DNA of 62,683 nt, counting the filler, from Choristocarpus tenellus KU-1152 (taxonomy: Eukaryota; Protista; Phaeophyceae), in NCBI GenBank assembly GCA_964200185.2. It is 10 parts of 10 records of this genome, joined end to end, with 100 filler letters (N's around TTAATTAATTAA, not from the genome) between each part and the next. Parts side by side here need not be neighbours in the genome. Positions count along the whole stretch, not along the records: positions 38,351 to 41,921 come from CAXNAD020019191.1; positions 42,022 to 49,130 come from CAXNAD020006680.1; positions 49,231 to 54,902 come from CAXNAD020010062.1; 7 more parts are not named here. One strand, given 5' to 3'. The translations under genes and the position numbers were made by a program. The first letter of the stretch is position 1, and each line of letters starts with the position of its first letter. A model generated the notes under the pieces. It was not told the origin of the DNA. It was given only the letters and a program-made list of their open reading frames with translations, and ran no database searches. Positions 39,905-52,491 of the stretch are shown one piece after another.

Positions 39905-40661
39905 TCACATAGGACAAAACACCGTTTGCAACACATGCATACATACATACATACTAGCGTGTGTTCTATCTAGCCTAGACAAAAAGACTTTTCTAGCACC
40001 AACCTCCAAAAATATCATGCGCACAGATGGACGGACCCTCTGGAAACGCTAACCCTAACCATGAAAAAAGGATATATATTCTTTTCATGAGCTTTTCATC
40101 ACATAATATCATATGCTCTGACTCATTCGCTACGCATTCGAACCCCAATGCAAAAAAAACAAAAAAACACCAGATTTCTAAAACAGCTTAACCTGGCTTT
40201 GCCGTCTCGAACTCGCGAAAAGTGCTGGCTCTTTTTTTCTTGCTCATTTTTTTTGCCCTTTTTTTTTTTCTCTGACGGCAGAGTTACGAGTTACGAACCA
40301 CGTGCCCCTATCAAACGGCATCCTTCTGTTCTGCTCCGGAAAAAAAAGAAGGTTTTTTGTTATAAATTGAACTCTGCTCTACCTATAACGTAACCTCCTA
40401 CCCTCCTCGAGAAAAGAAAAAGAAAAAGAAAAATGGGTACTGCTGGCGTATATATTTTTTTATCTATACTGGGACATATCACAAAAAAAAAATGATGGCT
40501 AAAAAAGAAGATTATCACCTCTTAAGGTTAGGGAATTCTCCCTCCTCGCCGCAGTCTGCCCCTCTGATGTTTTTGCAGTGATTCAAGAAGTACCGACTTA
40601 TGAGAGCCTCGCTAGGGTCCTTGAAGATCACCACCACCCGATAGGAATCAATATCCTTCAC
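38812..40661 (-). CDS. Partial gene, two exons; unidentified protein, possibly sulfotransferase-like
   Basis: Exon 40519-40661 (VKDIDSYRVVVIFKDPSEALISRYFLNHCKNIRGADCG) joins in phase 2 to exon 38812-38992 (YSEESGDRLGMERFYYNFC...RNYPVVCINNHKMWDNKEAVVRALGLP). VVxIFxDPxxxLxSxY resembles the 3'-PB motif of PAPS sulfotransferases (inference). Confidence 0.6.
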
Positions 40662-40679
40662 CTGCAGCGAAAGACAGGG

Positions 40680-41040
40680 ACACACACAAGTGCACATGCA
40701 TATAAATACACATAATATACACACATATACAAACATATACATATACACACACACAAAAGTGCACATACATACACATACAAATACACATATACACATAAAT
40801 ACACATATACACACGTATACAAACACATACATACACACACACACACACAAGTGCACACACAAGTGCACATACACATATGTATACACATGTATACAAACAC
40901 ATACACATACACAAGTGCACATACACAAGTGCACATACACATACACAAGTGCATATACACATACACAAGTGCACATACACAAGTGCACATACACATACAC
41001 AAGTGCATATACACATACACAAGTGCACATACACACACAA
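40680..41040. repeat. Compound CA-rich micro/minisatellite
   Basis: Recurrent ACACAAGTGCA(C/T)ATACAC within (CA/TA)n. Confidence 0.9.
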
Positions 41041-44000
41041 AGTTGTCAGTCGTGAGAAGGGTCAGGAACGAGTAAAAGCAATCTAGAAGAGAGGGGGGGG
41101 GGGGGGGGGGAAAGTGTTGTTGATGTTCAGCCCGTACCTATTTCGAAAAAGATCAGCCAAATACGGATTTTTTATGAGCTTAGCATTATCATTGGGGTTA
41201 GGGTTAGGATTGGGGTTAGGATCGGGGGCAGAATAGAACAGGAAAATATTAGAAAAAGAAATTGGCACATTCCACCAGATATCATGAAACTTAAAAAAAT
41301 ATAAATATATGTATCATACGACCATGTACAGGATCACCATGTAAGACACCTCCCATCCCCCCTAATGGGCACACATCGGCACTGAGGATTAGGGTTAGGG
41401 TACAAAGGAGACTTCCACGCCAAGACCCATCGACATGCATGGAACAACCAGCAGGCCGATCCATTTGGTTTTAATCCCTGTGCTAAGTGCCTTTCCAGGG
41501 ACAACCTCAGTTTGTGGCACAAGGCTTTCAGCAGCATCAATCAGTAGAATCACCCCCCTCTAACAAAAACACGCACTCTACTTCTCCACCAAAAATTATT
41601 ATTGATATTATTATTATTATTATTATTTTAATCAGCATGATTGCTTTTCTTACATGACAATACTTCAACATTTCAGCAGGCAAAAAATAACAATAATGAT
41701 AATAATAATAATATCAACAAGATTTAAGTCAGTCACTGTTATTGGCAAAAAATCATAATACATCACTACTCCTATTATTGTTATTATTACCATTACCATT
41801 ACGGAAATAACACATACTCAGAATATAATAACAAAAAAGATTAATACAAATAACCCCCCCCCCCCCCCCCATCCACAACACTACCAAAAAAAAAAAACAG
41901 CAACACTACTGGGGCCGGAAGNNNNNNNNNNNNNNNNNNNNNNNNNNNNNNNNNNNNNNNNNNNNTTAATTAATTAANNNNNNNNNNNNNNNNNNNNNNN
42001 NNNNNNNNNNNNNNNNNNNNNATAAATAATTTACCGTAACTGTCCGATAGAGTTGGAAGAGTCTAATCGAACACCAAGCACACACTCACAGTACAAGACA
42101 CACCCAAGATCGACCTCACCACAATCAAACCACCCTGGCTGCACAGCTCCTCCCCTGGCTAATCCCCCCTGTCAAACACACCAGCCACCACCCCTTGTCA
42201 CACCCTTTTTACCCCTGCCCACCCAATCAGTGCCCCCGGCATTGGGAACCTCCATCTCCCTACAAATTGGCAAGCCACCCTAACTGGACTGTTGCACCAA
42301 CACTCGTCATGACCTGTCTCACTGTCCTTCATTGTCCTGCTGGTACCTGGTTCAAGCCGTCCTTTGTGTACTCCACCTGAGCTATGTCAACTACTGGCTG
42401 GGCTACAGTGACTACCCACACCCACGTCTACTGCATTACAATGGCCAGACACGGATTTTGGAGCTTGGACGCCTTGTACTCCTTGGACTTCTCCCCGTGT
42501 CCCGCCCCCCAACCCGCCACCTTTTCACCCACAACACTCCCACACCTGCGCTTCTGTCTTTACCTACGCATTCCACAGACCAACTGACACCCTAAGCCCA
42601 CCTGCTGGTATTGCAATTTAAGTTCTCTGGTAAAACAGTTGACTTACATCTGAGGCATAAAAAATAATATAAATGCATTAAGAAGACCACACAAGGTAAC
42701 TCTTCTTTTCAACCATGTGATCGTATTCAGCAATGGGGAATCGTGCGAGGCTCCCATCTCTTTCTTCTCTCTTCTTACATACTGACACAAACAGCAGTCT
42801 AAATCTGCACCGTGGCTAGGTACAAAGCCTGCCTGGTAGCCATGGGGAACAGACAGATCCCTGGGCTGGACTACACCAAGAAATTTGCGCCTAGTCCCTC
42901 GACCAGCACCTTGTAGTTGGCAATGACAATCGCTGTGTTTGAGGACGTGGAGCTACGATATGCTAAATGTGGGACAGGCTGCCAAGCAGATGTCAAGGAG
43001 GATATCAACATTGAACTGCCAGAGGATGTGTCAGCAGCTCCAGGAATGGTTGGAAAGCTTAAGAGGTCTTTATATGACTTGGTACGGGCATCGTGCAAAC
43101 TAGCATCTGAAACTAGTCGGGACTCTCAAGGAACTAGGCTTCGAGCAATGCAAGGTCGACCCATGAATGCTTTGTTTGTTGGAAAACGGGGTGAAGGAAG
43201 TGTGATAGTCACTCGGGTGGATGATTTGTTAACGGGTGGTCACCCGTTGAAGAAGGGCAGGGAAGTTGTGAAAGCTCAGAGCAAGGAATTCTCTGTGAAG
43301 GATTTGGGAGATGTAAAGCTGTGTATGGGATGTCGCATTACACTGGATTGGAAAAATGGATACTGGGGATCGATCAGCAAGTACATGTGGAAGGCTGGTG
43401 GAGCGCTTCGAGATCACCAAAGAGTACAATATGCCTAGATGTACAACTAGAAATCTGTTTGAGAGGGATTTGTGTGTGGAGGCAAACCCATCTACTCCAT
43501 ACAGGGAAGCAGTGGGGTCACATATCTGGTTAGTGAACATGACCAAATCTGATATCGTTAACGCAATAATGACACCTTCCCATATTTAGCGATAACTCAA
43601 AGCAGAGGCATTGGGAAGCAGTTAAACGGATTTTGGAGTATGTGAATTACACAAGGGATATCGAATAACTAGAGTTATATACTTACGTTGTGTACACTGA
43701 TACAAGTGCTTGCAGCACATATAACACCATTTCATGTACGTTTATCTTTAGTTCGGTACAATACAAAGTAATAACGTACGCAACGGTATGATAAGTCAGT
43801 CTTTGGTCATACGTCAGTGATAATGGATGATTAAAGACAAAGGTTGGCAGATAATCAATAAACTAGTATATGTTCGCCATGTAACCCACCAACAGCTTTT
43901 GGCCACAACCCTTTCCTGTACGAAGCTATTCAAACTCGCTTAAGCATGTTTAACATTCATTGTTGTGTGCAAAATGTTAGCTTAGTATGAGCCACTATGG

Positions 44001-44659
44001 TGCCTGTATGCACCGGTACTGTGTCCCATGAGATGTAGTACCGCCCACAGTTTGTTGTGTGTTCAGAGACCAAGATTGTTGTTCTACTAACAGGACTAGG
44101 TAGTCGTGATGGACACTTGTTTCTGCTTGGCATTCCCACTGATTGGATGTTTGGAAGTCGTTTTATTTCATAGTGCATTGTTCCCGCATTATTATCAGTT
44201 GAAAGTCATTTCAAATTGTGAACTTTAAGACCAGGGGCTAATTCGATAGCACATGCCTCATCTGACTAGGAAAGTCATAGTTGCATGGTTGGTTTTGCTG
44301 AACTACCAGGGCTAGCTATATGTAGTACTCTCATCTTGTTAGGTTTTATTTTATGTCTGTTTGGAGTATTATTCACTGAGTTCATTAGCTAGTTATGTCT
44401 AGCGACCGGTTACTGTTGCTTGAGCTAGGGAGGGTGTTCGAATAGACTCTCCCAACTGTATCGAAGATAACTAGTAGAGTCAGTAAGAGTTATTAGTTGG
44501 TAAACCCATATTTTCTCTTCAACATCCTCTAGCTAGAGGAGGCGCAGCTGGAGCTGGAGTGGTTTTGGGTTGTGAACTGCACTCATGGCCTTAGATGGGC
44601 TCCGTATCAATCTCCTTCAACTGATGGATGAGAATTGTGCAGACTAGTTCGTCACAACG

Positions 44660-45028
44660 TGTTCGTGGACAGTGCTGCTGGTACACACTATAGACATCAC
44701 CAGTGGAGTAGATATTAGGAAAGGTAGAACCATATATATGTTTCCATATATTTCAGTTGAGCTCTACCCAACGTTAATATATAGTAGGGACCTGATAATA
44801 GGTTATCCGTTCATATACCATGTATGGTACATATGATACGTAGATAGTATTCTGATTATCCATGTGGACGTTGCAAATCCCACGTGGTAGTCTGCACATG
44901 TCTCACCCCATACGTTCAGTCAATGAATTGAGACCATAAGCCCCTTGTAAAATTAGTATTGTATATTCACCACTTATTGTCCTCCACCAAGGCACATAAC
45001 CGAGGGTCCAGTGTGGAATATTTCAACA
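44660..45028. mobile_element. Solo LTR inserted in the nested Copia
   Basis: TGTTCG...TTCAACA ends; TSD CAACG/CAGCG; homologous to 13248-13595. Confidence 0.75.
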
Positions 45029-46458
45029 CAGCGCGTGCTTTCTTTGGCACAACAAGCAACATCAATGAAGCATTGGAGGAGAGGGAGAGGACCCTCTTAG
45101 AGTGGGTGACATCAACTTCATCAAGGGGGAAGATGTGAGTGAAGATGAGGTCATCAAGGCCAAAACTGCATATGACGTTTTCTTAGGAGTACCACTGGCT
45201 TCTGCAGGTGCATTGTTTGCAATGCGGCATCACCATCAGAGGCACGGAGGCAATTAAGGGAGCATTTTCTTGTACACTCGGATGAGGAAATTGCCTGGCT
45301 GCAGAAAACGGTGATGAATGTTAAGATGCCTAGGGGGTCCAACCCCCAAATCGCATTTACCTGAGACACCATGGTAATGGTGAGCATTAGAGAGACATTA
45401 TACAATGTGCTACTCGTTCGCGATGTTAGACTGGGTGAGCCAGATGGCGATGATGGGACATCAGATGGCGGACCAAGTTCTTCAAATTGCTGTGCTGGAT
45501 TCTCTGGAAGACGACTACCAGATCACCAAGCACTACCTACAACATCACGGTATTGATGAGCGAACGAGAGACACGATTCAGCGTGTTGCCTGTTCAAGAT
45601 ATTTTTCCCTGAAACTTGAAGCAGGGAACCGTGGGGAACCTGGGAGCACTCTAGCCACAAGGATTGTGAACTCACAGAAGAGGTCACTCTGAAGGTCTAC
45701 CGTGCATTAGTCACCGTACAGACCCTGGTACGACAGGATCCCTTCCCAGGGGTGAGACCAAGGCACTTAAAAAAAATTCAAATGTGGGTTGGTCAGACAT
45801 GTCGATCCTTGCACTTTTGATGGACTGTGCAATAGCTGTGGGATTAAAGGACACTTGCAGCACGTTTGTTGTCAGGGGAGAGCGACGCCACCTAACGAGG
45901 TCAATGATAATTTATTATCCTGTTCAGGAAAGGGGAAACTTCTGTTATCTACAGCCTCACGTGATGATGGGGGCAGCCAAGCTACAACATCTTCTCCTTG
46001 ATGAAGGATGAGGACAAGACAGTTGTGGTGTTTTGTATGCTATCTGCGTATTTCTCTTCACATCTCCCAAGCACTAGAGGGTATATCTGCTCTCAATCCA
46101 CGAGCTGGGGGGTGTTGAGAGTGCAAGGAGAATATGAGGTTGACATTTAATATTTGAAGGCCGTGTTACTCCCTGGACGCAGGACAATTTAAATCAAATA
46201 GATTCACAAGCACAAGTTTATTAAATTTGGTAAGGCGTGTCTGGTAGTAACAGTATTTTTATGATACTAAGGATTTAGATTACTTTGATACTTTTCCCCT
46301 GACGACATGACCTGTGCGTTTAAGGGTGTTTTTGTTGGCTAGCTACAGACAAGGATACACGCATTGGGATATGAAGCAGAATTTTATTAGAACAGAAGTC
46401 AAAGAGGAAATATTGTTCGTTTATGTAATAGATGTAGTTTGTGGTCAGGAAAGATTGA

Positions 46459-46672
46459 GACCCAAAGTATATGGGGGAGGGGAGGGTCTACACCAGGGTG
46501 CCCATTTGGGTCATAACTAGGAAAGGTGAACTTACATTATCCGTATGTCGGATGGATACTGTAAATGCACTCTTCCTGATTTTGATCCAAATGGACACCC
46601 TGGTCTAGACCCCCCCCCCCCCCCCCCCCCACCCATTGGTTNNNNNNNNNNCCCTCCCAGATACTTTGGGTC
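46459..46672. mobile_element. MITE family B, fold-back variant, in Copia RT
   Basis: TSD TGA; removal restores GKIERLLRALCGTK*ASREFN (the LxKALYGLKQA motif). Confidence 0.85.
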
Positions 46673-47126
46673 TGAGCGTTTATTGAGAGCTCTTTGTGGC
46701 ACCAAATAGGCTAGCAGGGAGTTTAACAATCTGTTGGTGCACGTTTTGGAACAGTGTGGTTTTGTGAAGCAGGTCCCTGTGTTTGTGCTGTAATAGCTCC
46801 TCAAGTTGACGATCTTACGGTGGCAGGAATATCTATTGTTTTGATTCAGGTTCACTCCAGGATCAAGGAGCATTTTTTTCAATAAAATATTTAGTATGGA
46901 TGGGGCAAAGAAGAGGGTGATATACTCCATTATCTTTCAAGGACTTTAGACAAGAATGAGGATCGTCCAAGTGTTGATGAAAATATCCCGTATAGAGACG
47001 CTCTGTTGGTTGTTTGATCTGGGCAGCTGTCATGACCAGGCTGAATATTGCCAATGCAGCTGGTGAGGTTGCGGAGTAAAGTAGCAATCCCAAAGTTGTA
47101 CATTGGCATGCGGTTAAGTGTATTTT

Positions 47127-47385
47127 GAGACAAAGTATCTTAGAGGGTAGAGCCACGTCCATTTGGGCGTCACAACCCAATGTTTCGATTTTGATGTAAT
47201 TTTGACTATCGTGTTTGTTAGGTGATATCAATATCCTTGTTCCAGACACAACTTTTCATAACATATACATTTTACCTACTCCGAAATGTTTTGGAGTAGG
47301 AAAATGTAATAAAATAAAACATGGGAAGCCAAGCCCCAAATGGACAAAAAGGGCAAAACTCGTACCCTCCAAGATACTTCCACTC
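47127..47385. mobile_element. MITE family A in Copia RT
   Basis: TSD TTTT; removing the element and 4 bp restores HWHAVKCILAYL. Confidence 0.9.
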
Positions 47386-50300
47386 TTTTAGCGTATTTGA
47401 ATACGGGTCTCCAAGTGTTGGATTGATTTTTGGTGTTTTTGATACTAGATGTGAGTTGAGTGCATATGCTGATGCTTTGTATTCTGGAGATTGTAATGAT
47501 CTTAGATCAGTAGCTGGAGGAGCCATAATGTTTGCCAGAGGAGCAATATCTTGTCTTGTCAAATGTCCAAAGGGCTGTAGCTCTGTGCTCAACGGAAAGT
47601 GAATATATTGCCCTTAGCAGTGTGGCACGGGAATTGATTTTCTTGCGAAATGTTTTGGGGTTTATTCAGTCACAGTTCTCTAGAAGTTGCACTGAAATGT
47701 TTGAGGATAACGATGGTGCATGCAAACTAGTACGAAATGTCACAAGCTCTAGTAGAACAAAGCAAATTGATGTCCGGCACCACTTTTTGAGGGGCCTACC
47801 TAGAAAAGGAGATACTCGTGTTGTTTTCATTGGTACAGTAAACCAGAGTGCAGATGTGTTGACCAAGAATTCGCCAGTAAGAATTTTTAGACAACATGTG
47901 AAGTTTTTGATGAACACATAGAGGGATAACATGTGTGTGTGTGTGTGTGTGTGTTTGTTTTTTTGCTTGTTATTGATAAGGAGTTATTGCTTTGTTTCAC
48001 CAAGGGGAGGATGTCGAATAACTAGAGTTATACTTTCGTTGTGTACGCTGATACAAGCACATAACACTGTTTCATGTACGTTTATCTTTAGTTCGGTACA
48101 ATAAAAATAGTTACGTACGTAACTGTATGATGAGTCAGTCTTTGTTCATATATGTGAGTGATAATGGATGACTAAAGACAAAGATTGTCAGATAATTAAT
48201 AAACCAGTGTATGTTCACCATGTAATCCACCAGCAGCTTTTGGTGACAATCCTTTCCTGCGCGAAGCTATTGAGCAAGGGGGACTGGCATCACCTACTAC
48301 GGAACGATGAAAAAACGACTGGAGGCATTTGCGGGCGTGGCCTATGCATATGATCTGGACCATCGGAGGTCTCTATCTTGGCTGCTACTAACCATTGGAG
48401 GTGTGGCTGTATCATGGTTTCATCGATGCAGAAGGTGGTGACTCTGTCTACGACAGAAGCTGAATATGTGGCTATAAGCGCCAGGATTGAGGAAGTCCTC
48501 TTCTTAAGACAGGTATTGGAATTTGTAAACTTGGAGAGGATCATCATTTAAACCTTAATGTATTAGAACAATGAGTGTATGAGGACGATGTGGAACCAGT
48601 GAAAGTATTCGGAAACCCAATCAATGGATTTAGGACAAAGTATTTAGATAAGCACCACCGTTTCCTTCGGCAGTTGGTTAGGGACTAGGTTGTGTAGAAA
48701 GTTGTGCATGTGGGATTTGAGGAGCAACATGCGGATTTTCTCACCAAGCCTCTCAATCGCGATAGGGTTATGTGTTATGTGAGGGCTGTAATGAATTTAT
48801 GATGATTTGATATATTTTTGGTGAGCATGAGGATTGAAGTGAAACTAGGGTAAACCTAGGATCAATGTTGCGTTGTGATGGAACATTATGAGAGCACAGT
48901 AGGAGAGGACGTTCGCAAAAGGAGATAGTTTGAAGTACTGTACACACTAGATGTTGCTATTATTGTGCATGTAGTAATTATATATGTAGCAAGATATTGT
49001 GCGTAGAAAGGTAAATTAACGATAAATCAGGATATCGGAACTTAGTGAGGTTGAAGTACCATTATAGGAAATGTAGTCGGTAATTTGCCGAATTGTTTGC
49101 TAGGATGATTATGGAGGGTAGAACACCCCCNNNNNNNNNNNNNNNNNNNNNNNNNNNNNNNNNNNNNNNNNNNNTTAATTAATTAANNNNNNNNNNNNNN
49201 NNNNNNNNNNNNNNNNNNNNNNNNNNNNNNATGAAAAAATTGACCCCAAATGGACAGACGCCACCCCCTCTCAGATACTTTGAGCCTCATGTACATCGAT
49301 GTGTAGCTTTACTGTTTTCTATGACTGTCTGACTGGACTTGAACATCCTACTGATAGGTATGATGACACTGACAACATTGTCGTATAGCGGATTCCTTGG
49401 TTGAACTTATCTTGATAATGTTGGGTACTACTAAAGCCCTCTTGTTGTCTTGGTGTTTACTTCTTCTACTTTCGACAATTTTCTGTTAAGAATTACTTTT
49501 GTTGCGCATCGTATCTCATACACTACAGATAGAAGGGCTATACGGAGTAAAGATAGTCAAGACATCTGATTACACCATTCAACATCTCTTAGTTCCTCAT
49601 TGGGACTCTCCAAAGCCAGGATTTCAACTTGCTGGATGTTTTAACAAAGAAAGATATGGTACGAGCGTAGCTATCATGACGATAAACGCATAGTAGTGGA
49701 TGCTTGTTTTAGCTATCATCAGAATTCCCCCACACTTCGATCCACCTGTAGTCCGATGAGTTTTTGCGTTACATTATTTTAAGGGGTGGTTGACAAATTT
49801 CCCTCATAAACTTAACCCTAATTTCTACCTCATTGTAGTCCAACAACGAATATTTGAACAATATAGAGGGAAACTTGGGCGAAGACATGGTTCCTGGCAG
49901 GGCAAAGAAAAGAACAAACACGACAACAATAGAGTGTGCCCATCATTTGCTTACAGGAAAGGCCTTCTGCCGCACCAACGAGAGAGAATTATAGCGCATG
50001 TATTTGAAAACAGAAAAAACAAACCCTTACCCACTCAGACAAATAAATGGTAGCTCCTATACGTAGCTGAAACTACTTCATAAATTGGCACTATGTAGGC
50101 TGTCTTGAAACATATGAAGAGTCTCACTAGTCTGTCAATGTTTTGTCTTACCCACCTATATCGTTTCTCTTCATAGGTTGAAGTGCATGACATGTCTTGA
50201 GATCGCTGCACTTGTGCTGCTGTGACTGACAATCTGTCACAAGTAGGTGAATTGCACACCTGCTGTTCCTTTGCTGTTCCCTTCCTATACTCCTAGTAAC

Positions 50301-50834
50301 CCCCAGTCCTCCTACCACCCACTACATTAGTCGCCAGCTCATCATTCAGGAATTGCTCTACCTGTGTGTCAATAGATACCCGAATCTTTCCACCGCAAAT
50401 GTGAGGTTGAAACTGCAAGATATCTTTCGACCCTCGTAGTGGTTGCACTTGCAGGCCCCAGCTTCACCACCACCACCACTATTGTTAACGGATGAGCCTT
50501 GTAGGTAGCAGTCCAATTGGACCTCTGCGAAGGTCACAACATATGTAATTGGACCCTCATCCTGGGAAGGAGCAATGACTGCTTCGGAAATTGACCCGAC
50601 ATGGAATACCGTGTCCATAATAAAACTTACGAACCGAAAAATCGCAGCTGCTGACCCGTCTTCTGGTTTTAGATTTTGACATCACAAACCAAGTACCTCT
50701 AACGTACAAATGGGAACAATAGATAATGGTAGTATTATCCGAGCTGTCGTTCCAAAGCTGAATTTTCGCATTTCGTGGATATTATACACAATAAAACTAC
50801 ATGCATACATCAAATTCAAACAAAAATCATCAAA

Positions 50835-51090
50835 GAGCCAAACGAATTGAGGGGTAAGCAGGGTTGCATTTTAAGGATCCCCAGTAAGGGTAAGAAGACG
50901 CTGTTTTGTACAATTGCAGAAAGGTTCCTTGCTTAATTGTGGTGTCGCTTTGTGTGTAGAAAGGGGGAGTATCAATTTTTGTACAATATTGCACACTTAG
51001 ACCACAGAAATAGAGTGTATTGCAAATGGTAGGAAAGATGGCTTAGAATACAAAAAGGGTCCAAACCTGACTTCTAGATTGGTTTACCTC
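50835..51090. mobile_element. MITE family C
   Basis: GAGCCAAACGAATTGAG...GATTGGTTTACCTC; TSD AAA. Confidence 0.8.
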
Positions 51091-51561
51091 AAATAATGAT
51101 TTGATAAAAAGTAGTAATGGGAATGCTCCTAACTAAACTAATATATGTTACTATGATAACTGATATTTTGTAGATATTGTAATTAAGAGAGGTGAAACAT
51201 TATCAAGGCTAAGAATACATCACGATAACAACCAGGTCTGTATTGCATACAGTAAAGGCAATCCTCCTTCTGATGCACAACCAACAATAATAACTGCCCA
51301 GCCAATCAACCTGTCAGGAAGAGCTATTGACTTTGGGAAGGGGGGGTCATCGTAGACATGCGTCTACAAAATGCGCACAAAAAGTGAAAAGGTGTTGCTG
51401 TCCTCTGCCAAAAGCCTTCCCGGTGTGATCTAAAAGTCTTTGCTCGCCATGCAATGTTCCTCGCTCACGATGGCAGTATAAATTGAAACGATGTACAATT
51501 TGTATCCCTTAATCTATCTGTGCATACCCAACCCTTACCTTGTCATTCAACCCCCACCTCT

Positions 51562-51820
51562 GCCTCAAATTATCTGGGGGGGGTGGCAGCTATCCATTCA
51601 GGGTCCATTTTTCCATGTCGCGATTTTTGGGAGATTTGGTTGCATGCGTAGGTTGGATAATATAAGTGCAGTTCTCCTTGTTATGGCCAATATGGACACC
51701 CTGGTGTAGACCCCCCCCCCCCCCCAAATGTTTAGGCCCCCCCGCCAAAACACAACCCGTCCCCTTTTCGCTTTATAATATACTTTACGTTAGCNNNNNN
51801 NNNNCCAGATATTTTGAGCC
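51562..51820. mobile_element. MITE family B (contains a small gap)
   Basis: Ends GCCTCAAATTATCTGGGG/CCAGATATTTTGAGCC; TSD TCT. Confidence 0.75.
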
Positions 51821-51873
51821 TCTCCGTCAAACATCAACGCCGTTCTCTTTGCATCTAATAATCAATTGCTGAT

Positions 51874-52491
51874 GAGCCAAACCAATTGAGAGGTAAGCAG
51901 AGTTGCATTTTGAAAATCTCGAGAAAGGGTAAAAAGAAGGTATTGCGTACAATTGTAGAAAGAGCCCTTGCTTAATCGTGTCATTTTGTGAGTGGAATGA
52001 GCGAGCTAAAGTATCTCAGGGTTAGGGTAGAGCCGCGTCCATTTGGGGCCAAAATCCAATGTTGCGATTTTGATGTAATTTTGGCTATCGTGTTTGTTAG
52101 GAAGTGACAACATCCATGTTCCGGACGCACCTTTTCATAACATATATACTTTACCTACTCCTAAAAATTGTGGAGTAGGAAAACGTCATAAAAGAGCCCA
52201 TGTGAAGCCAAGTCCCGAATGGACAAACATGGGAAAACTCCTACCCTCTGAGATACTTTCACTCAGTCAAATCAATTGAGAGGTAAGCAGGGTTGCATTT
52301 TGAGAATCCCAAGAAAGGGTAAAAGTATGGTACTTCATACAATAACATTTGTGTGTGTGGAGAGGGGGATATCAAGTTGTGTCACTATTGTGAACAATAA
52401 CAAGTGAAATAGAGTGTATTGCTTAGGATAAGAAAGTTGCCTTAGAATGCAAAAGGGTCCAAACCTAACTTCCTCCCAATTGGTTTAGCTC
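51874..52491. mobile_element. Family C half copy (51874-52002), family A copy, then family C copy (52265-52491)
   Basis: The start CAATTGAGAGGTAAGCAG occurs on both sides of the family A insertion. Confidence 0.75.
52003..52264. mobile_element. MITE family A between family C pieces; telomere-like TIR variant
   Basis: Left TIR reads AAAGTATCTCAGGGTTAGGGTA. Confidence 0.85.

Larger units (their letters stand above)
43659..48276 (+). mobile_element. Nested Ty1/Copia element with both LTRs (43659-~43946 and 48012-48276)
   Basis: LTRs T(G/A)TCGAATAACTAGAG...AGCA; PPT AAGGGGAGGA before 48012; 5-bp TSD AGGGA/AGGGG. Internal CNSCGIKGHLQHVC zinc knuckle (~45827-45868) and RT/RNaseH motifs (ALCSTESEY, FEDNDGA, RTKQIDVRHHF, ADVLTK). 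Confidence 0.88.
42812..49130 (+). mobile_element. Degenerate Ty1/Copia element (RT-RNaseH, PPT, start of 3' LTR), interrupted by a second Copia
   Basis: RYKACLVAMGNRQIPGLDY, KLKRSLY, RVDDLL, KDLG, YREAVGS, HWEAVKRILEY. The frame resumes at 48282 (YTRETGITYYG...RRSLS...VTLSTTEAEY...ADFLTKPL). Purine tract near 48898-48909. Confidence 0.85.

Noticed and set aside
39657-40052. Poly-Lys and poly-Phe ORFs
   Set aside because: Poly-A runs around a gap; a partly duplicated segment suggests low-quality assembly.
40648-41086. Cys/Val/Tyr- and His/Thr-rich ORFs
   Set aside because: They are translations of a CA/TG microsatellite.
42260-42550. CxC5-like domain relic
   Set aside because: The Cys spacing is not convincing.
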